Origin: Candidatus Kaiserbacteria bacterium
GTDB lineage: Bacteria > Patescibacteriota > Minisyncoccia > Phycocordibacterales > UBA2100
DNA length: 64,000 bases
Reading direction: 5' to 3'
Assembly: GCA_016217925.1 (NCBI GenBank)
Contig: JACRFK010000003.1
Location: forward strand, 8,364 to 72,363
This document shows positions 28,224 to 36,034 of the stretch, in pieces. Every line of letters begins with the position of its first letter. The stretch's first letter is position 1. The notes beneath the pieces were generated by a model. That model searched no databases. It worked only from the letters and a program-made list of their open reading frames with translations, and was not told the origin of the DNA. Both the position numbers and the translations under genes were made by a program.

Positions 28224-28290
28224 GACCCCGTTAGAAGTGCGTCGTTATGAAGAAAGTCCAATCCACATCAAAACTTCTAACGGGGTTGAC
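28224..28290. repeat. Hairpin element with 12-14-bp arms GACCCCGTTAGAAG ... CTTCTAACGGGGT (36-nt loop) upstream of glpX
   Basis: Seen directly in the sequence; the arms are identical to those of the copy at 46516-46598. Confidence 0.45.
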
Positions 28291-28321
28291 GCTACCTATT
28301 GGCGGGGTACCCTGATGGCAC

Positions 28322-29281
28322 ATGAAATCCAACGGCGGCGGCTCGTTCGATAATCTCGCCCTCGAGTTTGTCCGTGTGACCGAAGTTGCTGCGATAGCCG
28401 CCGCGAAATGGATCGGCAAAGGAGAAGCGAAGCTCGCCGACAAAGCGGCCGTCGATGCGATGCGCACACAATTCAACACGATAGATTTCTTGGGTGAGAT
28501 AGTAATCGGCGAGGGCGCAAAAGATGAATCACATGAATTGTATATCGGCGAGAAGTTGGGCACGGGCAAAGAACCCGTTGTGGATATCGCTGTCGACCCG
28601 CTTGAGTGCACGGATTCGGTTGCCAACGGTTTTCCCAACGCGCTCACGGTCATCGCGACAGGGCCGAAGGGAAGTTTGTACCACGCTGCCGATTCATACA
28701 TGGACAAGATAGCAGTGGGTCCGGAAGCGGTGGATGTGATAGACCTCGATGCGCCAGTCGCCGACAACATCAGAAAAGTGGCGAAGGCACTCGGCAAAGA
28801 AGTCTCCGAGATAATCATAGCAACACTTGATCGTCCGCGGCACGAGAAGCTCATCGCAGAGGCGCGCGCGGCAGGCGCGCGCGTACGCCTCTTTACCGAC
28901 GGCGATGTCGCGATGGCGCTCGGCACATGCCTTTCGCGCTCAAGCGTCGACATGCTTATGGGTATCGGTGGAAGTTCCGAAGCGGTTCTCGCTGCCGCGG
29001 CGATGCGCTGTCTTGGGGGCGAACTTTTGTGCAGGTGGAAACCGAAGGACGAAAAGCACATTAAGCGTCTGAATGATGCAGGGGTGACAGACTTCTCCAC
29101 GGTATTTAGAGCGCGTGACCTCGCCAAGGGGGACGACATCAGCTTCACCGCAACAGGTGTCGTTTCGGGCCCCTTGGCCGACGGTGTGCTTTTTGCCGCC
29201 GACCACATCGTGACGCACTCGGTCGTTATGTCCACACACCCGCGCAACATCAGATTTATCAAAACTAAGCACATGCAATAA
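28322..29281 (+). CDS. glpX: Fructose-1,6-bisphosphatase class II (GlpX)
   Basis: ...LALEFVRVTEVAAIAAAKWIGKGEAKLADKAAVDAMR... aligns with the GlpX N-terminus; 319 aa. Confidence 0.9.
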   Translation: MKSNGGGSFDNLALEFVRVTEVAAIAAAKWIGKGEAKLADKAAVDAMRTQFNTIDFLGEIVIGEGAKDESHELYIGEKLGTGKEPVVDIAVDPLECTDSVANGFPNALTVIATGPKGSLYHAADSYMDKIAVGPEAVDVIDLDAPVADNIRKVAKALGKEVSEIIIATLDRPRHEKLIAEARAAGARVRLFTDGDVAMALGTCLSRSSVDMLMGIGGSSEAVLAAAAMRCLGGELLCRWKPKDEKHIKRLNDAGVTDFSTVFRARDLAKGDDISFTATGVVSGPLADGVLFAADHIVTHSVVMSTHPRNIRFIKTKHMQ

Positions 29282-29288
29282 TTTCTAT

Positions 29289-30344
29289 ATGGATATCGAA
29301 CTCTTGAAGAAGACCGCGAAGCAAATGGTCGCTCCGGGGAAGGGCATCCTTGCTGCCGACGAAAGTTCGGGTACGTGCCAAAAACGGTTTGAATCGGTCG
29401 GTGTGCCCTGCACCGAAGAGAATCGCCGTGCGTACCGCGAAACTCTGCTCACCGCAGACGGGCTTGAACAGTACATAAGCGGCGTCATTCTCTACGATGA
29501 GACCATCAGACAGGAGACCAATGAGGGAGAGGCGTTCGCGGCGGTACTCGAAAAGAAGGGCATCCTTCCGGGCATCAAAGTGGACACCGGGGCAAAAGAA
29601 CTGGCTCTCCATCCTGGAGAAAAGGTGACCGAAGGCCTCGACGGGCTCCGCGAGCGGCTTGCCGAGTACAAAACTTTGGGCGCACGTTTCGCCAAATGGC
29701 GTGCCGTCATCACGATAGGCAAAGATTTGCCATCCCCCGCCTGTATCCATGCAAATGCGCACGCAATGGCCCGCTATGCCGCGCTATGCCAAGAGGCCGG
29801 CATCGTGCCCATGGTGGAACCGGAAATACTCATAGACGGCGACCACAACATCGAGCGCTGCTATGAAATATCGACCGCGACTCTGAAGAAGACGTTTGAA
29901 GAACTCGCCGGGCAGGATGTCGCCGTCGAAGGGGTCATCCTCAAAACGAGCATGGTCATCGCGGGGAAACAAGCGAAGTCCGCCGAAGGCGGATCCTCCT
30001 CCGGAGGACAGTCGGGCATGGAGGAAGTCGCGAAGGAAACAATCCGCGCTTTCAAGGAAACGCTGCCCGCGGGGCTCACTGGCGTCGCGTTCCTTTCGGG
30101 CGGACAGACCGACGAGCAGGCGACGGAACACCTGAATGCGATGAATGCGACCGGCAAGCTTCCGTGGCCGCTCTCGTTCTCGTACGGGCGTGCTCTGCAA
30201 AACCCCGTCCTCAAGATTTGGGCCGAAAGTCCGAATGCGAACATCGCGAAGGCACAGGCGGCGCTACTTTTCCGCTCAAAGATGAATTCGCTCGCGACGC
30301 AAGGCAGATACTCAAGCGAGATGGAAAAAGAGCGACCGTACTGA
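29289..30344 (+). CDS. fba: Fructose-bisphosphate aldolase, class I
   Basis: ...GKGILAADESSGT..., ...LEGVILKTSMV..., ...FLSGGQ... class-I Schiff-base aldolase blocks. Contains the in-frame palindromic mini-element (see repeat feature). Confidence 0.85.
   Translation: MDIELLKKTAKQMVAPGKGILAADESSGTCQKRFESVGVPCTEENRRAYRETLLTADGLEQYISGVILYDETIRQETNEGEAFAAVLEKKGILPGIKVDTGAKELALHPGEKVTEGLDGLRERLAEYKTLGARFAKWRAVITIGKDLPSPACIHANAHAMARYAALCQEAGIVPMVEPEILIDGDHNIERCYEISTATLKKTFEELAGQDVAVEGVILKTSMVIAGKQAKSAEGGSSSGGQSGMEEVAKETIRAFKETLPAGLTGVAFLSGGQTDEQATEHLNAMNATGKLPWPLSFSYGRALQNPVLKIWAESPNANIAKAQAALLFRSKMNSLATQGRYSSEMEKERPY
29978..30008. repeat. Second copy of the 31-bp mini-element, in-frame in fba (30/31 nt identical to the atpA copy)
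   Basis: GTCCGCCGAAGGCGGATCCTCCTCCGGAGGA; encodes SAEGGSSSGGQ. Confidence 0.55.
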
Positions 30345-30352
30345 ATCGCTGT

Positions 30353-31018
30353 ATGGACCGCAGACGTGAAAGAGCGGCCGGCTGGCTTCTCATCCTGGGG
30401 ACGGTGTGGACCGTCGCCGCTATTTACATTGCGGAGAGCCTCACTCCGAATTACAGCCTCCGGGGAGAAGCGATAAGCGGGCTTGGTTCTACGTATTTCG
30501 CGACCATTGCGTGCATTGCAGGGCGCTGCAACGACATCTATCAACCCGCGTCACTCATTTTTGTTGCCTCCGGAGTAGTCACTGGTGCGCTTCTTCTGTT
30601 CACGGCGCGCAACCTTTCGCACGTACCCGGTAAAAAACAAGTGGCGCGCCTTATCGCACTAATGGGTGCAGGGACACTCGTTCTCAGTTCTTCGTACCTC
30701 CCGCTCTACATGGGTGAGACGTCCCTCAGCTTTTATACGGCGCTCGCGCTGCATTTCGCGAGCTCGATATTCCTGGTCGGCGTCGCGGCGTTCCTTGCCC
30801 TTCGCGCAGACGTGTTTGCGAAGCCGTGGCAGAAGCTAACTTCGCGGACGATGGGTGTGGTAATCGTAGTTGCGGTGCCTTTGTATACCTATATGGCCGT
30901 CGTAAATTCTCTCTGGGGCCCCGGATTTGGCGGAGTGGAACGCATCGGCTTCTACACAATTTTTCTGTGGTTCGTGATGTACGGCGTGTATCTCCTGAAC
31001 GCATCAAGGCGCAGTTAA
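30353..31018 (+). CDS. Polytopic membrane protein (DUF998-like), hypothetical
   Basis: 221 aa with ~6 hydrophobic helices and an ...ISGLGS... motif. Confidence 0.45.
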   Translation: MDRRRERAAGWLLILGTVWTVAAIYIAESLTPNYSLRGEAISGLGSTYFATIACIAGRCNDIYQPASLIFVASGVVTGALLLFTARNLSHVPGKKQVARLIALMGAGTLVLSSSYLPLYMGETSLSFYTALALHFASSIFLVGVAAFLALRADVFAKPWQKLTSRTMGVVIVVAVPLYTYMAVVNSLWGPGFGGVERIGFYTIFLWFVMYGVYLLNASRRS

Positions 31019-31024
31019 CTTTTG

Positions 31025-31095
31025 TGGACTTACCGGGAATCGAACCCGGGCCTCGTCAATGCGAATGACGCGTAATACCACTTTACTATAAGCCC
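31025..31095 (-). tRNA. tRNA-Ala (anticodon CGC)
   Basis: Cloverleaf with acceptor GGGCTTA/TAAGTCC including the G3:U70 Ala identity pair, anticodon loop TTCGCAT, T-loop TTCGATT. Confidence 0.75.
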
Positions 31096-31144
31096 GTATA
31101 CAACGGACCCGTGCGGAGAAATATAACAGATACAACGTATTCAC

Positions 31145-31615
31145 TCAATTCAACAGCCAGACGCCCATGGTCAGATATCCGGCAAAAATGATCCAGAGCA
31201 AATATGCCGCCATCAAATATACGGCGCGGCGGTCAATGTCGGCTGCACTTGCAGTGAGCGCGAGAACGATCGCTCCCAGGAACAAGATGTCTACGAAGGC
31301 AATAAAGGGAGAATGGAACCCAAAGAAAAACATCGTGTAACACGTACTGAAAAGTAGCTGTATGAAGAAGAAGCGCACCCATCCGGCAGTGTGGGCTGCG
31401 GGGAATTTTCTCGTCCACACAATGGCGAGTGCTGCGGCCGTCATACCGTAAAGGATCAGCCAGACAATGGTAAATGTAGTGTCTGATGGTGTGAAAGAGG
31501 GCTTATTGAGATTGGCGTACCAACTCGAGTCTCCGACATCTACGAAGAGAAATCCAATAAGGCCTGAGCCGTAAGAGGCGAGGAGGGCGATCAACACCCG
31601 AACGAGTCGGCCCAT
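31145..31615 (-). CDS. tspO: TspO/MBR (tryptophan-rich sensory protein) family
   Basis: 156 aa, 5 TM; ...SWYANLNKPSFTP...WLILYGMTAAALAIVW... Trp-rich pattern. Confidence 0.75.
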   Translation of the reverse strand: MGRLVRVLIALLASYGSGLIGFLFVDVGDSSWYANLNKPSFTPSDTTFTIVWLILYGMTAAALAIVWTRKFPAAHTAGWVRFFFIQLLFSTCYTMFFFGFHSPFIAFVDILFLGAIVLALTASAADIDRRAVYLMAAYLLWIIFAGYLTMGVWLLN

Positions 31616-31684
31616 ACAGCCTCAGCATATGCCCCTCATATTTCTGCGCTATTATGGTTATCCACACCTAAAGAGTGACACTGA

Positions 31685-31755
31685 TCGGGCCGCCGAGAAT
31701 CGAACTCGGGCTACAAGACCCCCAGCCTTGCGTACTGCCACTATACGACGGCCCG
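31685..31755 (-). tRNA. tRNA-Pro (anticodon GGG)
   Basis: Acceptor CGGGCCG/CGGCCCG, anticodon loop CTGGGGG, T-arm CCGAG-TTCGATT-CTCGG. Confidence 0.75.
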
Positions 31756-31774
31756 CGCTCGATAAAGTCTCTTG

Positions 31775-31845
31775 TCGGGCCGCCGGGAATCGAACCCGGT
31801 CTTTACGAACCCGAATCGCACGTACTACCGGTATACTACGGCCCG
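31775..31845 (-). tRNA. tRNA-Pro (anticodon CGG)
   Basis: Same acceptor stem as its neighbour; anticodon loop TTCGGGT; T-arm CCGGG-TTCGATT-CCCGG. Confidence 0.75.
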
Positions 31846-32010
31846 GCAAAAGACTTCATCGATACTCACATGCAAGGTGGTCACAAATATTTCCTCGCCG
31901 TCGCTCGGAAATTTCGCGACCCCGGCTCGCGGTCGCGCGTACTCGCGCGACATCGCTCCGCCCTGCACAGCGCGGGCAAATGTGCCGTAGGGCACATTTT
32001 CCCGTCGCTG

Positions 32011-32084
32011 TGCACCTTTCAGGATTCGAACCTGAGACCTTTCGAATGTGAATCGAACGCTCTAACCAACTGAGCTAAAGGTGC
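32011..32084 (-). tRNA. tRNA-Val (anticodon CAC)
   Basis: GCACCTT acceptor, D-arm GCTC-AGTTGGTTA-GAGC, anticodon loop TTCACAT, T-loop TTCGAAT. Confidence 0.8.
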
Positions 32085-32289
32085 GTCCCGCATCCGTTAA
32101 CACTGAGCCCCGACGCTTACGGTCGGGGCCCCGACTGAAACGTCGGGGCTAAAGGTGCGTTGTGGGATTATAACGGCTAGCGAGTCGAACCGCGAGTGCT
32201 TGCACTCATGGTCGGCGAGCGAAGACGTTATATGGTACTCCATATAACGGGTGGCGGGTAAACGGGGAAGCTGGTATACTTTATTCTCA

Positions 32290-33246
32290 ATGGAGTACAA
32301 GATCTTCAGCCTGGGGGCAAACGATGAGCTCGCGAAGAAAATAGCTGCGCGCCTCGGGATGCCTCTCGGAGAGATCAAATGCCGCTCGTTCAGCGATGGC
32401 GAACAGCAAGTGCAATTTTTGGAGAACTTGCGCGGGAAAGACGTGTTCCTCATCCAGCCGACGAATCCTCCTGCCGAGAACTGGGTACGTCTTCTTCTTG
32501 CGATTGACGCTGCGCGCAACGCGTCGGCACGCGAGGTTACCGCTGTCGTTCCGTACTTCGGTTACTCGCGCCAAGACCGCAAGTCAAAACCCCGTGAACC
32601 GATCTCGGCAAGCGTCTTTGCAAAGACGCTTGAAGGTGTCGGTGCCACCCGACTGCTCACGATGGATCTTCACAATGACGCCATCGGTGGTTTTTTCCGG
32701 CGCACCATCGTGGACAATCTCTACGCTCGACGGGTCTTCATTTCTCATTTTCGCGATGTATTCAAAGACGCGCTTGCTGCTGACGATCTCGTCGTTGTCT
32801 CACCCGACGCGGGCGGTGTCGTCCGCGCTCAATCGTACGCCAAGCGGCTCATGAAGTCAGCCGACCTTGCCATCATCCACAAAGAGCGCGAGATACCCAA
32901 TCAGATAGCGCGCATGAAGCTTATCGGAGACGTGAAGGGGAAAATCGCGCTCATCACAGACGACATGGCGGATACCTGCGGTACCTTGGCACGCGCATCC
33001 GCGCTTCTCATGGAAAATGGCGCAAAAGAAGTGTACGCGATGGCAACACACGGAGTCCTCTCGGGTGAGGCAATGAAGACCCTCGAGGCCTCTCCCATCA
33101 AGAAGCTCTTCATCACCGATACGATAAACGGCAATCGCGAGCTAGGGACAAAGATAGAGGTCGTGTCGGTAGGCGACACCTTCGGCGACGCCATAGAGCG
33201 CATTGAATCGGGGGAGTCGCTCAGCGCTCTATTTGAAACCGAATAG
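32290..33246 (+). CDS. prs: Ribose-phosphate pyrophosphokinase
   Basis: ...MEYKIFSLGANDELAKKIA...RSFSDGE...VVPYFGYSRQDRK...TDDMADTCGT... PRPP synthetase motifs. Confidence 0.9.
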   Translation: MEYKIFSLGANDELAKKIAARLGMPLGEIKCRSFSDGEQQVQFLENLRGKDVFLIQPTNPPAENWVRLLLAIDAARNASAREVTAVVPYFGYSRQDRKSKPREPISASVFAKTLEGVGATRLLTMDLHNDAIGGFFRRTIVDNLYARRVFISHFRDVFKDALAADDLVVVSPDAGGVVRAQSYAKRLMKSADLAIIHKEREIPNQIARMKLIGDVKGKIALITDDMADTCGTLARASALLMENGAKEVYAMATHGVLSGEAMKTLEASPIKKLFITDTINGNRELGTKIEVVSVGDTFGDAIERIESGESLSALFETE

Positions 33247-33339
33247 GTGAATGCTAAGGTAGAACGCATCGCTCCCATATTTCATATGGAAGCGGCGTTC
33301 AGGGAAAGTGAATGCTTGCATTCACTTTGCCCCTCACTT

Positions 33340-33411
33340 GCTCCCATAGTTTAATGGATAGAACGTAAGCTTCCGGAGCTTATGATCGAGGTTCGATTCC
33401 TCGTGGGAGCA
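33340..33411 (+). tRNA. tRNA-Arg (anticodon CCG)
   Basis: Acceptor GCTCCCA/TGGGAGC, anticodon loop TTCCGGA, T-arm CGAGG-TTCGATT-CCTCG. Confidence 0.8.
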
Positions 33412-33461
33412 CAAACGATTGCTCGCGTTGACGTTTTTGTTTTGTTAAGATGCTCCGCGAC

Positions 33462-33534
33462 GGGCCATTAGCTCACTTGGTAGAGCGCTTCCATGGCATG
33501 GAAGAGGTAACCGGTTCGATTCCGGTATGGTCCA
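33462..33534 (+). tRNA. tRNA-Ala (anticodon GGC)
   Basis: Acceptor GGGCCAT/ATGGTCC with G3:U70, D-arm GCTC-ACTTGGTA-GAGC, anticodon loop ATGGCAT. Confidence 0.8.
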
Positions 33535-33595
33535 CAAAAAGCAAAGCTCTAGACGGCGCCGACCGGAGGTGTATTATCTCTCCGCCGCCGGAGCT

Positions 33596-34126
33596 ATGAA
33601 AGTGTCAACTATCAACCTGGTACTGACGGCGATGATCTGCATTTTCCTGGTTCTCATCGTTGTCTCCTCCCTCCCAAAGACCTCTGTGACCGCACCGGTC
33701 ACTATTTCCACTTCCACCCGGCCGGGTTGGAGTGTTTACACGAGCAAGCGGTACAATTTCACTTTTGAATATCCCGAGGGTTACAGGGTCGAGGAACGGG
33801 TCGGCGGTTTTTTCGTCATCTCCGCGCCCGATGAGCGTACACCACAAAGCGGTATAAGCATCGATATGCGGTCGCAAGGTCTTTTCGCCACGTATTCGGA
33901 GGCGCTCGAACAGGTCGAACGTTCTCTCACGTTGTCGAGCGATATGAATGTCGGAAGCTGGCGCGTCTTTACGGGTGTCGGCAAGGAGGGCATGATGTCC
34001 GGTATTGAATTTAAGCAGGCGGTCATGCGGATCGCGTCGGGCGCCGTCGTTGCAGAGACCATCAACAGGGAGCCGTATAAAAGTATATTCAACGACGTCG
34101 TCGGGTCGTTCAAATTGGTAAGGTAG
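33596..34126 (+). CDS. Hypothetical exported/membrane-anchored protein
   Basis: N-terminal TM (MKVSTINLVLTAMICIFLVLIVV), then a soluble domain with no recognisable motifs. Confidence 0.45.
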   Translation: MKVSTINLVLTAMICIFLVLIVVSSLPKTSVTAPVTISTSTRPGWSVYTSKRYNFTFEYPEGYRVEERVGGFFVISAPDERTPQSGISIDMRSQGLFATYSEALEQVERSLTLSSDMNVGSWRVFTGVGKEGMMSGIEFKQAVMRIASGAVVAETINREPYKSIFNDVVGSFKLVR

Positions 34127-34189
34127 AGCGCCTTTCACTTATCAGCATCCCCTGATATACAATTTCTTCCACCCCTTTATACTGTTTCC

Positions 34190-34774
34190 ATGGAAGCCGC
34201 TCGCAAGATCTTCGTACTCGTGGGGCACACCTGCCTCGACGGATTTACGGGGGAGCTTGCCGACGCCTATGAAAAAGCGGCACGCGCCGCGGGTCATGAG
34301 GTCAAACGGTTGAACCTCGGCGAGTTGCGGTTCGATCCGATCCTCCACAAAGGATACGAAAAAATCCAGCCTCTTGAGCCCGATCTCGTCTCGGTGCAGG
34401 AAAACATACGCTGGGCCGATCATCTGATCATCCTGTACCCCAACTGGTGGATAAGTATGCCTGCCATCCTCAAGGGCATGTTCGACCGAATATGGCTTCC
34501 TGGCTTTGCGTTTCATTTTGACAAAGCAACTCACGACGTTATAGAATTGCTGAAGGGAAAGACTGCGCGCGTCATCGTCGTTGATGGTGCACATAGCCCA
34601 TTTATGACCCGGCTCAAGTACGGCGATTATACGAACGAGATATCGCGGGGGATTCTTGGTTTTTCGGGTATGAGTGTACAGGTGACGACCATGGGTCCGT
34701 GTGAACATCCGGATCCAAAGAAGCACGACGAGTGGGTAGCGCAAGTGCGAGAACTTGGTTCACAAGGTATATGA
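34190..34774 (+). CDS. Flavodoxin-like-fold NAD(P)H-dependent oxidoreductase (NAD(P)H quinone reductase family)
   Basis: ...IFVLVGHTCLDGF..., ...LYPNWWISMPAILKGMFDRIWLPGFAF...; ~50% identical to the paralog at 59391. Confidence 0.7.
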   Translation: MEAARKIFVLVGHTCLDGFTGELADAYEKAARAAGHEVKRLNLGELRFDPILHKGYEKIQPLEPDLVSVQENIRWADHLIILYPNWWISMPAILKGMFDRIWLPGFAFHFDKATHDVIELLKGKTARVIVVDGAHSPFMTRLKYGDYTNEISRGILGFSGMSVQVTTMGPCEHPDPKKHDEWVAQVRELGSQGI

Positions 34775-35274
34775 CAGTAATGAAATTCTTGATACTCATG
34801 CATGTGATAGGCACTGTCCTTGGCGTCGGCGCTGCGACGTTTGCCGAGATTTTCTACACGCGTTTCAACAGTGACAACATCATCAACGACGACGAACGCA
34901 AAACGCTCGCGGTGACTTACACCGTAATGCGGACGGGCCTCTTCCTACTTGTCATTTCAGGTTTTGGGTTCCTCCTCTACTTCCGGCTCACCGAGCACGT
35001 AGGGATTTTCAGCAGCCCGTCCTTCTGGGCAAAAATGACCGTGGTCGCAGTATTGGTCTGTAATTCGCTTCTGCTACAAGCACGTCTGATGCCGTTCCTT
35101 ATCGGTACCGCCGTATCGCTCACTTCGTGGTACGCCGCGCTCACGCTGGGCGTCCTCGGCAAGATTAGTGCGTCCTATTTTGAAATACTCGCATACTACG
35201 CAGTTGCCATGGTAGTCGTCACTCTCGGATTATGGTGGATACGCACCCACCTGCACGGGCCTAAAAAAGTATGA
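34771..35274 (+). CDS. Membrane protein (4 TM), hypothetical
   Basis: MTVMKFLILMHVIGTVLGVGAATFAEI...; first of three adjacent small membrane proteins. Confidence 0.5.
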   Translation: MTVMKFLILMHVIGTVLGVGAATFAEIFYTRFNSDNIINDDERKTLAVTYTVMRTGLFLLVISGFGFLLYFRLTEHVGIFSSPSFWAKMTVVAVLVCNSLLLQARLMPFLIGTAVSLTSWYAALTLGVLGKISASYFEILAYYAVAMVVVTLGLWWIRTHLHGPKKV

Positions 35275-35717
35275 CGACCACACTTGCCGCCCTGCTCATC
35301 ATTCACGTCATTGGCGGTGTTATCGCGATTGGTATCCACAATGTCATCCTCATGCACCTCCTCAAGAAAACACCCAACTACGTTTTCATCTCGCGTCTTG
35401 CGTGGTCGGCTGTGGCGCTCTTTTTGCTTTCGTGGGCGACATCTGCCTACTACTACGTGATGTACTATGGCACGGCTGTCAAACCGCGTATACTCGCGGG
35501 CGATGCGCCATTCGCACACACTTTTTTTATGGAGACAAAAGAGCACATCTTTCTTTTGCTTCCGTTCGTGGCTATCTCGATCGCGCTGTGTACTTCGTAT
35601 CTACGTGCCAATCCTGATGACGGACTCCGAAAAAGCACGGCATTCTTAACGTTAATAGCGCTTGGTATCGGTGTGGCGACCGCCGTATCCGGCATGCTCG
35701 TCTCCGGCTCAATATGA
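35271..35717 (+). CDS. Membrane protein (4 TM), hypothetical, loosely similar to the preceding gene
   Basis: MTTTLAALLIIHVIGGVIAIGIH...; ATGA overlap with the previous gene. Confidence 0.5.
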   Translation: MTTTLAALLIIHVIGGVIAIGIHNVILMHLLKKTPNYVFISRLAWSAVALFLLSWATSAYYYVMYYGTAVKPRILAGDAPFAHTFFMETKEHIFLLLPFVAISIALCTSYLRANPDDGLRKSTAFLTLIALGIGVATAVSGMLVSGSI

Positions 35718-36034
35718 ATCACTCGGAATTAACGGCATGGGTACGTTCAGTTGCGATAGCGGCCATCGTCGCGGGCCTCATGCTTGCCGTACTCATCGTT
35801 GCTGCGGAAGAGATACCCACATTGAAGAATTGGCTCAAGGCAACCTTCTATCACCACTGGCTCGGCAAGGGAGCTCTCGCGCTCGGTTTATTCGCCATTG
35901 TGAGCGTTGCCCTCTCGAAACAGCGCAGTGCGACGCGACTTTCCACCGTTATATTCTACGAGGCCGTTGCCGTGTGCGTTTCGGTCGGTATTATCACTGG
36001 ATTCTTTTTACTCCACACGCTCAAGCTCGTGTAG
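35714..36034 (+). CDS. Small membrane protein, hypothetical
   Basis: 106 aa with 3 hydrophobic segments; ATGA overlap with the previous gene. Confidence 0.4.
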   Translation: MNHSELTAWVRSVAIAAIVAGLMLAVLIVAAEEIPTLKNWLKATFYHHWLGKGALALGLFAIVSVALSKQRSATRLSTVIFYEAVAVCVSVGIITGFFLLHTLKLV

